64,000 nucleotides of DNA from Methanomassiliicoccaceae archaeon (GCA_963789555.1 CAWBKY010000001.1:24105-88104); one strand, 5' to 3'; counted from the stretch's first letter, positions 41,643-51,534 are shown. Notes: generated from the letters alone by a model not told the origin. Made by a program: numbers and translations.

Positions 41643-43130
41643 TCAAGGTCTATAAGGGGGAGGGACCTGGTTCCGCATGTTGCCTTTCTTCTTCTGGCTA
41701 TGGCGTAGCACGACCACTGCCACCACCACTATGCCGATGACGAAGATGGCGCCGATGATGCCAAGGACTATCATCCCGCCCGTCTCAGGATCGATCTCCA
41801 AGGCTATCGCTCCCATCTCCAGGGCGGGGTCGTGGAAGATCGTCTGGCCAGCGGGGTAGATGAAACCTCCGAGCACGAACAGCGCCTTCACCTCGCCATC
41901 ATCGTTCTCACCGCGTTCAAGGGTACGATGGCCGGCATGGATCTGGAAGACCATGGAGCGGTTCTCCTGGCCATCGACGGTGACGTTGGAGACCCAGGTG
42001 AGAGCCCCGGTCTTCTGCCAGTTGTCCTTGAACTGGATACGGTCCTTCGTGATCAAGGTGGCCTCGCTGGGCAGTTCGTCCTCATCGGCGGCGGTCTTGT
42101 CCCCATCCAGGGTGGAGTATTCCATCACGCCCTGGCCATCTTCGACCCCATCCTGGACGAACTGGGCGTTGTACCACTCCTCCACCTTGTCCGGGATGAA
42201 GACGGCATAGATCAGGCCGTTCTCAAGCATCAAACGGGGGTCTTTGGCGTTCTCGTAGAAGTCCCATCCTTCGATGATATGATCGTACTTGAACGCGGTC
42301 TCAGTGCTCACCGCGGTGTAATTGCGCGGGGCGATCGCTTCTGAATCCGTGATCCGACCATTGTCAAGTGTGACCCGATAGAACGGCACGGACACATCGA
42401 CCCTCTCCGCGCTAGCGGTTATGTGGAAAGCGAACTCCACCCGTTCCAGGACACCATCCTCCGGAGTGCCGTTGCGGTAGTCCATCAGCGCCATGTCCCA
42501 TACCTTGGTGTACGTCACGTTCAAGGCATACAGGGAGAAATCGTAGGTCTTGGTCTGGGTCTCATAATCGATGCCTTGTTCTATTTCCGACAAGGTCCAA
42601 GCCTGTTTCAGGTCGATGTATTTGTAGGCGGGCTCGTACTTGGCGAAGGGATCGTCCTCGAACATGCGCTTGTTGGTGCTGAAGTCGAAGAGCCCGTTTC
42701 CAGCGCCGTAAGTATCGCCGAAGAATGTCGGGATGCCCGTATCATCGAACTCCAGCAGAGCGAACATCTGTTGTCCGAACACCGTTATTACAGGTATTGG
42801 GAACTCGTTCACGATCACATTGCCGTCCGGTCCGACCACCTCGGCCCCTCCAAGGTAGCGCAGGTTCATGCCCACGATGCTGATGGGGGCGGGGTTGCCC
42901 TGGGTACCATATATCACACCGAACCAGGCCAGGTTGTAGCCTTCAGTGCAGTTGACGGCCACATAGCTGCCCGATCCGAACTCGGTCGTAGTGCCTAGCT
43001 CCAATCTTATGCGGTCCATGGGGTCGCTTGGCTCATCTGCAGCCGCGATTCCGGCGAATCCTCCTGTCACGAGGAGGGTAACCAGCAGGGCCGAAGCCAT
43101 CCCTAGAGTCATTCCTTTCATTGGGAACAC
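41643..43130 (-). CDS. secreted, C-terminally membrane-anchored surface protein (S-layer/glycoprotein candidate)
   Basis: Intact 495 aa: signal-peptide-like N-terminus (..LLVTLLVTGGFAGIAAADE), several N-x-S/T sequons (NCT, NVT, NGT, NYT, NVT, NRS), a C-terminal TM helix (IVLGIIGAIFVIGIVVVAVVVL) and a basic tail. Confidence 0.5.
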   Translation of the reverse strand: MFPMKGMTLGMASALLVTLLVTGGFAGIAAADEPSDPMDRIRLELGTTTEFGSGSYVAVNCTEGYNLAWFGVIYGTQGNPAPISIVGMNLRYLGGAEVVGPDGNVIVNEFPIPVITVFGQQMFALLEFDDTGIPTFFGDTYGAGNGLFDFSTNKRMFEDDPFAKYEPAYKYIDLKQAWTLSEIEQGIDYETQTKTYDFSLYALNVTYTKVWDMALMDYRNGTPEDGVLERVEFAFHITASAERVDVSVPFYRVTLDNGRITDSEAIAPRNYTAVSTETAFKYDHIIEGWDFYENAKDPRLMLENGLIYAVFIPDKVEEWYNAQFVQDGVEDGQGVMEYSTLDGDKTAADEDELPSEATLITKDRIQFKDNWQKTGALTWVSNVTVDGQENRSMVFQIHAGHRTLERGENDDGEVKALFVLGGFIYPAGQTIFHDPALEMGAIALEIDPETGGMIVLGIIGAIFVIGIVVVAVVVLRHSQKKKGNMRNQVPPPYRP

Positions 43131-43232
43131 CGTGATTGAGAACGCCGTGGGCGGTCAAATAGCGCCGTGGAGAACAGTTACTCAACATTCTTTCTGAGGG
43201 ATTTATATATCTGGACACAGAGTCGGTGAGGT

Positions 43233-44015
43233 ATGACGCCAGGAGACATACGGGCGGTGGAGAATCCCATCACCGCCATGTTCGACCTTGCCGACCAGGT
43301 CAACTCCGAGGCACCCCGGGTCAGGAAGCTGGTGCGATATGCCGCCGTGTTCATCATATTTTGGTTGGTGCTAGATTTCATATTGATATTGGCGACGGCT
43401 CAGGGCAACATCCTCATAAGCGTCTTCTTGGCGGCGATGTTCGTGGTGGGCATATTCACATTGCTCTCCCTGCGAAACCTCAACGACTTCTTCAAATATT
43501 ACGCCCTCAGGCATAGTTATATCCAGAGTGTTAGGGACGCGGACCCGATGGTCATGGTTCCCAAGGGGTCGAACTCGGTGGAGCGCTTCAGATCCTACCT
43601 AACGACCATGAACCCGGAGATGGCCTCGTCCCTGGCATTGACCCCCACACCGACCGTGACCAAGGGAAAGAGCGGGATGTTCTACCAATGGGACATCTAC
43701 CTCCTGCGCCGATCTGGGTTCCTCTGGCATCCCTTGGGTCTTGGATATCCCGGCTACCAGCTCTTTCTGAAACACTTCGATCGAGCCCCCAACCCCGAAG
43801 ATGTGAATTCCATGAGGAGGGCGGTGGAGGACGTGGTGGCGGAAAGCGGTTCTCCCGCGTCGAGGATGATCTTGCTTTGGACCAGGGGCAAGGAGGACCT
43901 CACCGAAGAGGTCTACAACATGATAACCACCCAGAACGTAGTCTATTCCCACCGGGGGAGCTCGTTCATCTGCGGGGTGGAGCTGGTCATCGAGAACGAC
44001 GGACGGGACCTATGA
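43233..44015 (+). CDS. hypothetical membrane protein
   Basis: 260-aa ORF with two N-terminal TM helices (..AAVFIIFWLVLDFILILA.., ..ILISVFLAAMFVVGIFTLL..) and a soluble C-terminal domain. The 3' end may be frameshifted (alternative ..DGTYEFIPF..). Confidence 0.4.
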   Translation: MTPGDIRAVENPITAMFDLADQVNSEAPRVRKLVRYAAVFIIFWLVLDFILILATAQGNILISVFLAAMFVVGIFTLLSLRNLNDFFKYYALRHSYIQSVRDADPMVMVPKGSNSVERFRSYLTTMNPEMASSLALTPTPTVTKGKSGMFYQWDIYLLRRSGFLWHPLGLGYPGYQLFLKHFDRAPNPEDVNSMRRAVEDVVAESGSPASRMILLWTRGKEDLTEEVYNMITTQNVVYSHRGSSFICGVELVIENDGRDL

Positions 44016-44036
44016 GTTCATCCCTTTCATGGCCCC

Positions 44037-44432
44037 TCACTCGTCGTCCAAGTCCTTGGCCCAAGCGGGCAGGCCCCGGTAACGGTAGTGCTGCCGGATC
44101 TGCTCCTCGTAGAGGTTGAAGAAGAACTCGTTGTACTTGCGCACGTACAACACACCCTCACGAGTGATGCGGACCTCGTAGTGGGTCTCCTTTTCCTCGA
44201 TGCGCACCAAACTCTGCTCCACAAGATAGTCCAGGACCTTGTTGGTCATGAAATGGTTGGACATGATCTCGTGCTTGATCTCCTCCTTCGACAGACCTGG
44301 TCTGTCCTCAGCCAAGATGCGGTCCAACTTCGACTCCAGGTCTGGTTGGTAGATGTCTATGCCTAGCTCTGAGACCAAGCGGTTCAGGGTGAAGCAGGCG
44401 TAGATCTTGAAGTCCTTGTAAGACCTGGACAT
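44037..44432 (-). CDS. hypothetical protein
   Basis: Intact 131-aa ORF with plausible composition. No family recognised. Confidence 0.4.
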   Translation of the reverse strand: MSRSYKDFKIYACFTLNRLVSELGIDIYQPDLESKLDRILAEDRPGLSKEEIKHEIMSNHFMTNKVLDYLVEQSLVRIEEKETHYEVRITREGVLYVRKYNEFFFNLYEEQIRQHYRYRGLPAWAKDLDDE

Positions 44433-44477
44433 CGGCTCCGATGGGTATCCATCGCTCGGATATTATAATGAACGTCC

Positions 44478-44903
44478 TCAGTCCGGTCCCATGATAAAAT
44501 CGGTGGGGGAGCAGCTCACATCCACCCATATAGCATCGGCCTCCACCTTGACCTTGAAGGTGCGTAGGTCATGCGTCCCCATCTCCTCGTGCAACATGGA
44601 CTTGAACTTGGGGACCGCCTCCTCCTTGGGCGGAGCGGCGGTCTTGCCATAATCCTTATGGGCTGGGCCGAGCAGGGCCTTCCCGGTGCGGACGTCGAAC
44701 TGGGCGAAGTGCAAGGGGCATGTGACGATGTTCCTGCTCAAAGTACCGAAATTTAGCGGGGCGTTCTCATGGCCACAGCGCCGGGTTATCGCGTAGATCT
44801 TCCCATCAACGTTCGCCAGTACCACCTCCACGCCTTCAACCACCACCGCCTTGAGGCCTCCCTTGGCGATGTCCTCCAATTCTAAGGCGCGCACGAACAT
44901 CAA
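44478..44903 (-). CDS. Rieske [2Fe-2S] domain protein
   Basis: CGH-x16-CPLH (RRCGHENAPL...VTCPLHFAQF). The start overlaps the preceding gene's stop. Confidence 0.8.
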   Translation of the reverse strand: MMFVRALELEDIAKGGLKAVVVEGVEVVLANVDGKIYAITRRCGHENAPLNFGTLSRNIVTCPLHFAQFDVRTGKALLGPAHKDYGKTAAPPKEEAVPKFKSMLHEEMGTHDLRTFKVKVEADAIWVDVSCSPTDFIMGPD

Positions 44904-45235
44904 TCCACCTCTCCCTCAGGTATCTGGGGCAGTGAGTCAGGGTCCGTCACATCCTGATGGACGAACAGACCGCACCAGCACCGCCTCATCTTGTCGAAAT
45001 GTTGGCGATGCCAGGGTATGCAAGGGCAAACGATGCGCATATCATGCCCCCTCTCACCAGTAAGCCCTTGGCAGGGGCAGAAAGGTATTCCATGCTTCCT
45101 ATAGAGCACGACCTCCTGCTCCAGGCAGAAATCGGCAAGCTCCTCGTCGGGGGTGAACTTGTAACCAAGAGCCTGCACTATTGGTTCCCATTGCTCTCGC
45201 AACGCCCTCTTCCCCCCCTCCATGTCCATCTTCAT
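44900..45235 (-). CDS. ferredoxin:thioredoxin reductase catalytic-subunit-like protein (FTRc family)
   Basis: CPC-x14-CPC-x13-CWC (FCPCQGL...VCPCIPWH...RCWCGLF), the Cys pattern of FTR catalytic subunits. Confidence 0.75.
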   Translation of the reverse strand: MKMDMEGGKRALREQWEPIVQALGYKFTPDEELADFCLEQEVVLYRKHGIPFCPCQGLTGERGHDMRIVCPCIPWHRQHFDKMRRCWCGLFVHQDVTDPDSLPQIPEGEVD

Positions 45236-45493
45236 ACCTTCTGCTTCTCGGCCATCGCCTTCTCGAACTTGTCTGGGTTATAACCTTGGATTATGATGTC
45301 ATCGATATAGATGATGGGGAATGACAGATTGAGATTATCCCGTTGGATCCTCTCTCGGACCGGTTTCTTCTCCTCGCTGTCCAGATTATCGTAGTCGAAT
45401 GAAGTCGAAGGGGATGTTCCTATCTTCGAACCATTTCTTCGTTTTCTTGCACCACGGACAGGTGCTAAGGGTATACATGAAGACCTTGACCAA
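45232..45493 (-). pseudogene. glutaredoxin/thioredoxin-fold protein (CPWC); one frameshift
   Basis: TTG start; VKVFMYTLSTCPWCKKTKKWFEDRNIPFDFI / DYDNLDSEEKKPVRERI...FPIIYIDDIIIQGYNPDKF. Shift near 45395. Confidence 0.7.
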
Positions 45494-45497
45494 ACTC

Positions 45498-45836
45498 TCA
45501 ATCCTCCAGTCTCACGAACAACTTGCCATCCTCCTTCCTGGTCTGGAACATGCGGAGCTTGACCTCCTTGGACATGACCAGCTCCCCGGTGCGGACGTCG
45601 AAGGCCCAATCATGGCAGGGGCATCTTATCAAATCGCCTTCCAAGGTGCCGCTGGCCAGTGCACAGCCCATATGGGGGCAGCGGTTGGAGAGCGCATAGA
45701 CATCCTCCCCACGGCGCAACATGATCATGCCTAGGCCTTTAGGGTGGAACAGACGCGGCATGTTCTGTGGCAGGTCCTTCAGCTCGGCAACATAGATCCA
45801 TGGGTCCTTTGACATCTCAGGCTCGACCTTGGCCAC
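45498..45836 (-). CDS. Rieske [2Fe-2S] domain protein
   Basis: CPH-x16-CPCH (NRCPHMGCAL...IRCPCHDWAF). Confidence 0.8.
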   Translation of the reverse strand: MAKVEPEMSKDPWIYVAELKDLPQNMPRLFHPKGLGMIMLRRGEDVYALSNRCPHMGCALASGTLEGDLIRCPCHDWAFDVRTGELVMSKEVKLRMFQTRKEDGKLFVRLED

Positions 45837-45872
45837 ATTATGGCAGGCATGAGGACATAATACTTGTGAGAA

Positions 45873-46499
45873 TCAGAGGAGGACCCCGATCGAGCTGACA
45901 AGGAAGTACAATCCGAAGACGAACATGAGCAGACCGGAGGCGAGGATCAGCATGTGGTGCCATTTGACGTTCCACAGCCCTTTGGTCCGATTCACCGTGT
46001 TGGAGATGAAATACTCCCAACCCGCATCGCAACCGAGATGCACGGCCGCGAAGATGGGAAGCATGACCAGTCCGAACGTCACCGCGGTGGCCACCAATGC
46101 CGCTCCGACGGTGGCCCACCACATCAACCAGTAGGGATTGGTGATGGTGGTGATGACCCCATCCAAGAAGGCGCTGCGGGTTGGGCCGACACCCTCACAG
46201 ACCATCAACTCCCTGGCCCGGACCATACCGATGCCCATCCATATCAGGATGGCCCCTCCGATGGCCGCGACGATGGCGAACATGCCCTCGTCCTCGAAGA
46301 TATAGTCGAACCCAAAGAATATGAGCACGATGAGAGGGATCTCGACCAAGGCATGGCCCAAGACGATCCGAAGGCCAGCGTTCTTGTCCTTGTACCCTTG
46401 GGCCACAGTGGCGGCGAAGACCGGCCCCGGCATGAGCACCCCTGAAAGCGATATGAAGGCGACGCTCAATAGGAACAGGCCAGGGGAGTCCTCGAACAT
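45873..46499 (-). CDS. LysE/RhtB family exporter
   Basis: Intact 208 aa, about 6 TM helices, ..MPGPVFAATV.. N-terminal motif region and ..NPYWLMWW.. Confidence 0.65.
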   Translation of the reverse strand: MFEDSPGLFLLSVAFISLSGVLMPGPVFAATVAQGYKDKNAGLRIVLGHALVEIPLIVLIFFGFDYIFEDEGMFAIVAAIGGAILIWMGIGMVRARELMVCEGVGPTRSAFLDGVITTITNPYWLMWWATVGAALVATAVTFGLVMLPIFAAVHLGCDAGWEYFISNTVNRTKGLWNVKWHHMLILASGLLMFVFGLYFLVSSIGVLL

Positions 46500-46524
46500 C
46501 CAGTCCGATATCGATGAACGATTA

Positions 46525-47208
46525 TTATAACATCGGTCCCGTCCGTTTTTCCATTACAAGATACCACAGCTCCGTCAGTGCGATGTATTGTTCCGGATCG
46601 AGCTCGCGCAACGATGCTGTGTCCACATCGATGATCTCCACCCCATGGATCCGTGAGTTCATTATCTCCTCCAGGCTGACCGGGGGGCTGGTATAGTACA
46701 TGTCGCAGTAACGTTTGATCACCGACAGGTCACCGACCTCCCTCTGTCTAGGCGAAAGGGTGAAGAACAATGGTATGGGCATGATGTAATGGGGCGGGGC
46801 GGCTAGGAGGAACTTATGACAATGGTTGCTATACCTCGCTATCTTGCTGGCTATACGCGCCTTGATGTAATCCAAAGGGTCTAGGGCATGGGCGGGCGGG
46901 ACATAACCGGTCTCGACCTCGATTATCGTGATCCCCTCGCCCTTTTCCGCGTAGACATCGCAGTTCAGACCTGCATCGATGGTATGTTCCAACTCCACAT
47001 GGTACCCGTCCTTGACAAGGTACTTCGCCACGATGAGCTCCATAACGGAGTGGTTGATCTTCAGGAGGTTGCGCTCCCTTAGTTCCACAAGGTGCCTTTG
47101 CAGCGCACGCATCTTCTCCAGCTCTTCTGGGGTACAATCCTGGACCAACATGCCCATCAATGTCTCAAGGTCCTCTGTGAACTTATCCAAAGGGTCACCT
47201 CTGATCAA
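46525..47208 (-). CDS. hypothetical protein with possible degenerate PD-(D/E)xK nuclease-like core
   Basis: Intact 227 aa; ..MELIVAKYLVKDGYHVELEH...CDVYAEKGEGITIIEVETG.. resembles the E...D...ExK strand pattern of Hjc/restriction-endonuclease-fold proteins, but with EVE instead of EVK. Confidence 0.3.
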   Translation of the reverse strand: MIRGDPLDKFTEDLETLMGMLVQDCTPEELEKMRALQRHLVELRERNLLKINHSVMELIVAKYLVKDGYHVELEHTIDAGLNCDVYAEKGEGITIIEVETGYVPPAHALDPLDYIKARIASKIARYSNHCHKFLLAAPPHYIMPIPLFFTLSPRQREVGDLSVIKRYCDMYYTSPPVSLEEIMNSRIHGVEIIDVDTASLRELDPEQYIALTELWYLVMEKRTGPML

Positions 47209-47221
47209 CGAGGCCTGAGCC

Positions 47222-47557
47222 TCATTCCCTCATCATCTCCTTGCTCACCACAAGGGTCAGAGTGGACCTAACCCCTGGGACCTTGCGCAATCGAACGGAT
47301 AGCAAGGCCTCCAGCTCCTCCATGCTTGGCGCGCTCACAAAGGCCACCAGGTCGTACACCCCGTAAACCACGTAGGCGTTCTGAACCTGTTGAACATGGG
47401 ATAGCGCCTCCAGCACCGATGTCTCCTGTCCGATGTCGGTGTTGATTATGACAATTGCCCCAGGCATCACATTGATGTAGGCTTGCCGATATAAAAAATA
47501 TTGGTGGGTCGCCTCAACGTCTGGTACCGAGAGAGGTGATCGGTCATACCAGGTCAC
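47222..47557 (-). CDS. stand-alone Lrp/AsnC ligand-binding (RAM) domain protein
   Basis: ..MPGAIVIINTDIGQETSVLEALSHVQQVQNAYVVYGVYDLVAFVSAPSMEELEALL..LRKVPGVRSTLTLVV. The real start may be ATG 47467. Confidence 0.6.
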   Translation of the reverse strand: MTWYDRSPLSVPDVEATHQYFLYRQAYINVMPGAIVIINTDIGQETSVLEALSHVQQVQNAYVVYGVYDLVAFVSAPSMEELEALLSVRLRKVPGVRSTLTLVVSKEMMRE

Positions 47558-47763
47558 TCCTGGTTCGGATCAAAAACGTTCGATATGTTGCCGGTCTCGC
47601 ATGAAACTACGAACCCGTAGCCGCAAGACTCGATCAGATGGGCCACCTTCAAGGAATATGGCACACCGACGTAGGTCTTCCTAACCGTTTCCAACGACTT
47701 CTTGCGCATATACTCTCTCATCCTTGTTCTCCCTATGGGGAGGTCCCCCTCAAGGTAAACCAT
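47554..47763 (-). CDS. small hypothetical protein
   Basis: 69-aa ORF overlapping the next gene by 4 nt. No homology recognised. Confidence 0.25.
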   Translation of the reverse strand: MVYLEGDLPIGRTRMREYMRKKSLETVRKTYVGVPYSLKVAHLIESCGYGFVVSCETGNISNVFDPNQE

Positions 47764-47990
47764 GTTAATCGGCTGAAAAGTAATAACATTGATGTCCGTT
47801 CCGGAACTATCCGTGCCGAAACTCGTCTACTTCTTTACAACTTACATTGGCCAGCAGATTTAAGGTAGGGGGCGGTCTTAACCATGACACGGACCCGGGA
47901 TTCCTTTCGCTTGATGAAGAGAAGAGGGTCAGCTGATCCCCTGGGAGATGATGAGCCCTATGAGTGCAGATCCCGGGTCCGCCTAGCCCT

Positions 47991-48572
47991 TCATCCGCCT
48001 GACGCTATGGTAAGTCCAGGCTGATGCGTCCCATCGCAATAGCATTTCAGTGCCGAGATTCCGATGACCTGAGCGTCATCGGGGATGAGGACACCGGTTA
48101 TCCCATCAAGTACGGCTCGGACCAACTTGTCCAGGTCCGGTCTCTTTGTGTTAAGGTTGCGCTTCTTGGGCATGCTCTTCGGCTTGGTGAAATGGAATTG
48201 CATCCTCACCACGTATCCGAAGTTGCGGTCTTCGCAATAGAAGCTCGAAGTGCGGTCCTCGTTGCATCTCTGCGCCTCGTTGGCTATGCGATGCCTCCAG
48301 CGATCGGTGTTCCGATTGCCATGGGTCGTGACCACCCGGTTGAGCTTCTCGATGTAGAACGACTTGGTGCTTCCCTGGGGCACTGGCTCTCCCGCTACGA
48401 AGAACTCGATGAGGTCTGCGTTCGATCCATCCTCTATCATCGGTACGTCCACGAGTTCCTCGATCGGACTCGCCTCGTAGAACCCGTCGCCGAGATCTAG
48501 TTGGAACTCCAAGTGCATCCCATCCTTGCCAGGTAATAAATCGCCGGGCAAATATATTTTTTCCTGTTCCAA
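47991..48572 (-). CDS. rusA: RusA-family Holliday junction resolvase with about 55-aa N-terminal extension
   Basis: ..FFVAGEPVPQGSTKSF...HGNRNTDRWRHRIANEA...VRMQFHFTKPKS...RPDLDKLVRAVLDGITGVLIPDDAQV..: the characteristic RusA strand order and acidic PDLD/DD catalytic motifs. Confidence 0.75.
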   Translation of the reverse strand: MEQEKIYLPGDLLPGKDGMHLEFQLDLGDGFYEASPIEELVDVPMIEDGSNADLIEFFVAGEPVPQGSTKSFYIEKLNRVVTTHGNRNTDRWRHRIANEAQRCNEDRTSSFYCEDRNFGYVVRMQFHFTKPKSMPKKRNLNTKRPDLDKLVRAVLDGITGVLIPDDAQVIGISALKCYCDGTHQPGLTIASGG

Positions 48573-48589
48573 TCAACCCATATGAGCCC

Positions 48590-49811
48590 TCAAGGGACCG
48601 AGGGGTCCTCCTCGAAGAAGGTGGGCTTTCCCTTGGTCAACCACCACGCATGGACGAATATGGCCCAGCCGACGAGACTGAGCGACAACCCCACGATCCA
48701 GCCCCACGAGTAGTCCAGGATGAGCTCATTCCCATTCTCCGAGAAGGCCACGGCCACGAAGAGCGGGATGGACATCAGGATGAGGCGCCAGAGCACCCTT
48801 TCATCCCTGACCCCCCACATCAGCAATAGGATGGCGGGCATGGTGAAGTAGACGAAGGCGATCTTGGGATAGAATATGAAGAAGATGACCATGATGAAGG
48901 CCGCCCCCTCCCAGAAACGCATCTTCCAATGATAGGCCATGAGTGTGGCGGCCAACAACGATGCGACCGTCATCGTCGCCCCGGCCCAACCCGGCAGACC
49001 ATATCCCCCAATATCGAGGAAATGCCAGGGACTGATGCCGGAACCCCCGGTCTGGGCCTCGGGGACCCCTAAGGAAATAGTAGCTCGGGAAGGAAAGGAA
49101 CTCCTCAGGGCAGCATATGAGGAATGGAAGAATCACCGCCAAGGACAGGCCGGCGAAGACGACCATCAGGACGGTGCGGTCCTTATTGGTCCTCGCCTTC
49201 AAGAACGCCCACGGCAGGAGCAGTATCGCGAATAAGCTTGGTCCAGGTTCCCAAGGTGAACAGCAAGCCGCTGTAGGCCATCCTTCCCATGATGAAGGTG
49301 ATCAGTGGCAGTACGAAGAAAAGGGCGGTTATGGCCTCGTCCTGGACGCCCAGGGTGAACTCTATGAAAGCATATGGCAGGAACAGATAGGAGATGCCTG
49401 CGGTGAACGCGTAGAAATCGTTGAATCGGCGGAAGCCCAAGTACATGGACACCGAGGTCAGTATGGCGAACAGAGGCGAAGTACAGCTGGTACATCCACA
49501 TCTCCCCGCCGAAGTATTGTGGGATCACCATCAGGTACATGACCAGCGGGGGCGATTCCGAGTCGAAGTCTAGGTATGGTATCTGCCCATCGAGGATGGC
49601 CTGGCCCCTCTCCTGGTAATAGGATAGGTCGATGAGGCTCGCCGAAGATCTCGTTGAGGTGGGGCCGAAGCACTAGGTTGTCCAAGGCGATGATGCCCCC
49701 ATAGAACAGGAGGCCTACCACGACAAGGACCAACAGCTTCTTCCTGCCTGGAATGGGCTCAGCCCTTCTGCGCCATCCTTCCTTGACGGCCTGGGTGAAC
49801 TTGTCCACCAC
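48590..49811 (-). pseudogene. polytopic GT-C-type glycosyltransferase-like membrane protein (DUF2029/GT87-like); about 5 frameshifts
   Basis: Fragments in three frames reconstruct ..YYQERGQAILDGQIPYLDFDSESPPLVMYL.. (the loop motif typical of DUF2029/GT87 proteins) followed by about 9 further TM segments. Shifts near 49640, 49455, 49200, 49060 and 48975. Confidence 0.5.
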
Positions 49812-49838
49812 CTTTCATCAGGTCCATTTAGCCCCTTT

Positions 49839-51155
49839 TCATGGCACGAGCCGGTTGCGGTCGCGAGGGAAGAGGATCGCCTCGCGGATGTTGGGCAGGT
49901 CCAGCATCTTCACCACGAACCTCTCGATGCCCAAACCGAATCCGCCATGTGGCGGCATTCCGTAGGCGAACGGGTTGAGGTAGAACTCGAAGTCCTTCGG
50001 GTCGAGCCCCTTCTTGACCATGCGTTGCACCAGGCGTTCGTAGCGGTGCTCCCTCTGTCCACCCGAGGCCATCTCCTGGCCTTTGTAGTCGAGGTCGAAC
50101 GAATATGAGTAGGGGGTGCCGTCCTTCTCCATTATGTAGAAGGGCTTGGCGTCCTCAGGGTACTCGACGAACCAGTACATGTCGAAGCCCTTCTCCTTCA
50201 TTATGTCGCCGATGACCTTCTCCCCCTCCGTCCCTAGGTCGTCGCCCTCCCTCAGAGTGAGACCGGTCTCACGCACCAGGTCCAGAGCCTCTGAATAGGT
50301 CATTATTGGATAGGGAAGCCTTGGCACCTTTACCTCCACGCCCATCTTCTCCAGGTGCTCCTTGCCCCGCTCCGCCACCCCTTTGAATATATGATGGGTC
50401 ACACCTTCCATGATGTCCATGACATCGCGCTGGCTCTCTATGAACGCTACCTCGGCGTCGAAGGATATGAACTCAGAGACGTGGCGTACCGTGTCAGAAA
50501 GCTCGGCCCGGAACGCTGGGCCGATCTCATACACCCGGTCCAGCCCTGTGGCCATCATCATTTGCTTGTAGAGTTGCGGTGATTGGGCCAGGTAGGCCTT
50601 CTTGTCAAAGTACTTGATCTCGAAGAGCGAAGCACCCCCCTCAGCCCCGGAAGCGACTATCTTGGGGGTGAACATCTCCACGAAGTCCTGGGACCTCATG
50701 TACTCCCCCAACAGCTCCAAGGCCAGCGATTTTATCTCGATGACGGCCCGTGTTTCCGGCTTGCGCAGGTCCATGAAGCGATGGTTGAAACGGGTGTCCA
50801 TCTCCACGCTCACCTTGTCGACGACACCCATGGGCAGAGGCGATTGGGCCATGCTAAGAACGACCATCTCAGACGGGATGATCTCGTAGCCTGACTTAAC
50901 CTGGCTGCTGGCTTTCACCATTCCCTTGACCGCCACCACCGACTCCCGTGGGATGCCGGAGATAGTGGCCATGAGCTCCGGGGGGACCTTCTTCTTCGGG
51001 GCGGTAACCTGGACGGTCCCGAAACGGTCCCTGATGATGAGGAATGAGATGCCTCCAAGGTTCCTGACCTCCTGGACCCAACCCTTCACGGTGACCTCCA
51101 TGTCGGAGTCCTGCGCTGTTATCGTCCTTGAGCTCTTCACCTGGTCGTTTTGCAT
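49839..51155 (-). CDS. aspS: aspartate--tRNA ligase (archaeal/eukaryotic type)
   Basis: Intact: OB-fold N-terminus ([24 protein letters not shown]), class II motifs ..FRAE.., ..GGQREH.., [14 protein letters not shown]. Confidence 0.95.
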   Translation of the reverse strand: MQNDQVKSSRTITAQDSDMEVTVKGWVQEVRNLGGISFLIIRDRFGTVQVTAPKKKVPPELMATISGIPRESVVAVKGMVKASSQVKSGYEIIPSEMVVLSMAQSPLPMGVVDKVSVEMDTRFNHRFMDLRKPETRAVIEIKSLALELLGEYMRSQDFVEMFTPKIVASGAEGGASLFEIKYFDKKAYLAQSPQLYKQMMMATGLDRVYEIGPAFRAELSDTVRHVSEFISFDAEVAFIESQRDVMDIMEGVTHHIFKGVAERGKEHLEKMGVEVKVPRLPYPIMTYSEALDLVRETGLTLREGDDLGTEGEKVIGDIMKEKGFDMYWFVEYPEDAKPFYIMEKDGTPYSYSFDLDYKGQEMASGGQREHRYERLVQRMVKKGLDPKDFEFYLNPFAYGMPPHGGFGLGIERFVVKMLDLPNIREAILFPRDRNRLVP

Positions 51156-51312
51156 GGTCGAACCTGAAATCGATAAATCCAATCCAGCTATAAAAATATG
51201 GTTGGACCTGGCCTCGATGTAGCTAGGAGGTCTGGCAACTGGCAAGGGGCGATCGCATTCAATGGACGGCGACCGAAAGAACTAACTGCCCACCGCATCA
51301 ATCATATCCCTC

Positions 51313-51534
51313 ATGGTCAAGGTCAGCGTTGATGACAATGAATGCACGGGATGTGGACTGTGCTACAATGATGAGTGCCCAGAGATCTTCATGGAGGGCG
51401 ATGGTGGTACCTCCAACCTAAAGCCTGAGTTCCGCAAGGGCGGACCGTTGGAGGGTGATGTGCCTGATGCCAAGAAGGGTTGTGCGGACAAGGCGGCCGA
51501 TGCCTGCCCAGTATCGGCGATCAAAGTGGGTTGA
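51313..51534 (+). CDS. small ferredoxin (single-cluster type)
   Basis: 73 aa: DDNECTGCGLCYNDECP ... ACPVSAIKV. Confidence 0.75.
   Translation: MVKVSVDDNECTGCGLCYNDECPEIFMEGDGGTSNLKPEFRKGGPLEGDVPDAKKGCADKAADACPVSAIKVG

Noticed and set aside
47930-47990. ..GCAGATCCCGGGTCCGCC.. as a tRNA 3'-end fragment marking an att site next to rusA
   Set aside because: There is no matching 5' T-stem and no second copy in the window. It does not match either tRNA found here. The resemblance is too short to be meaningful.
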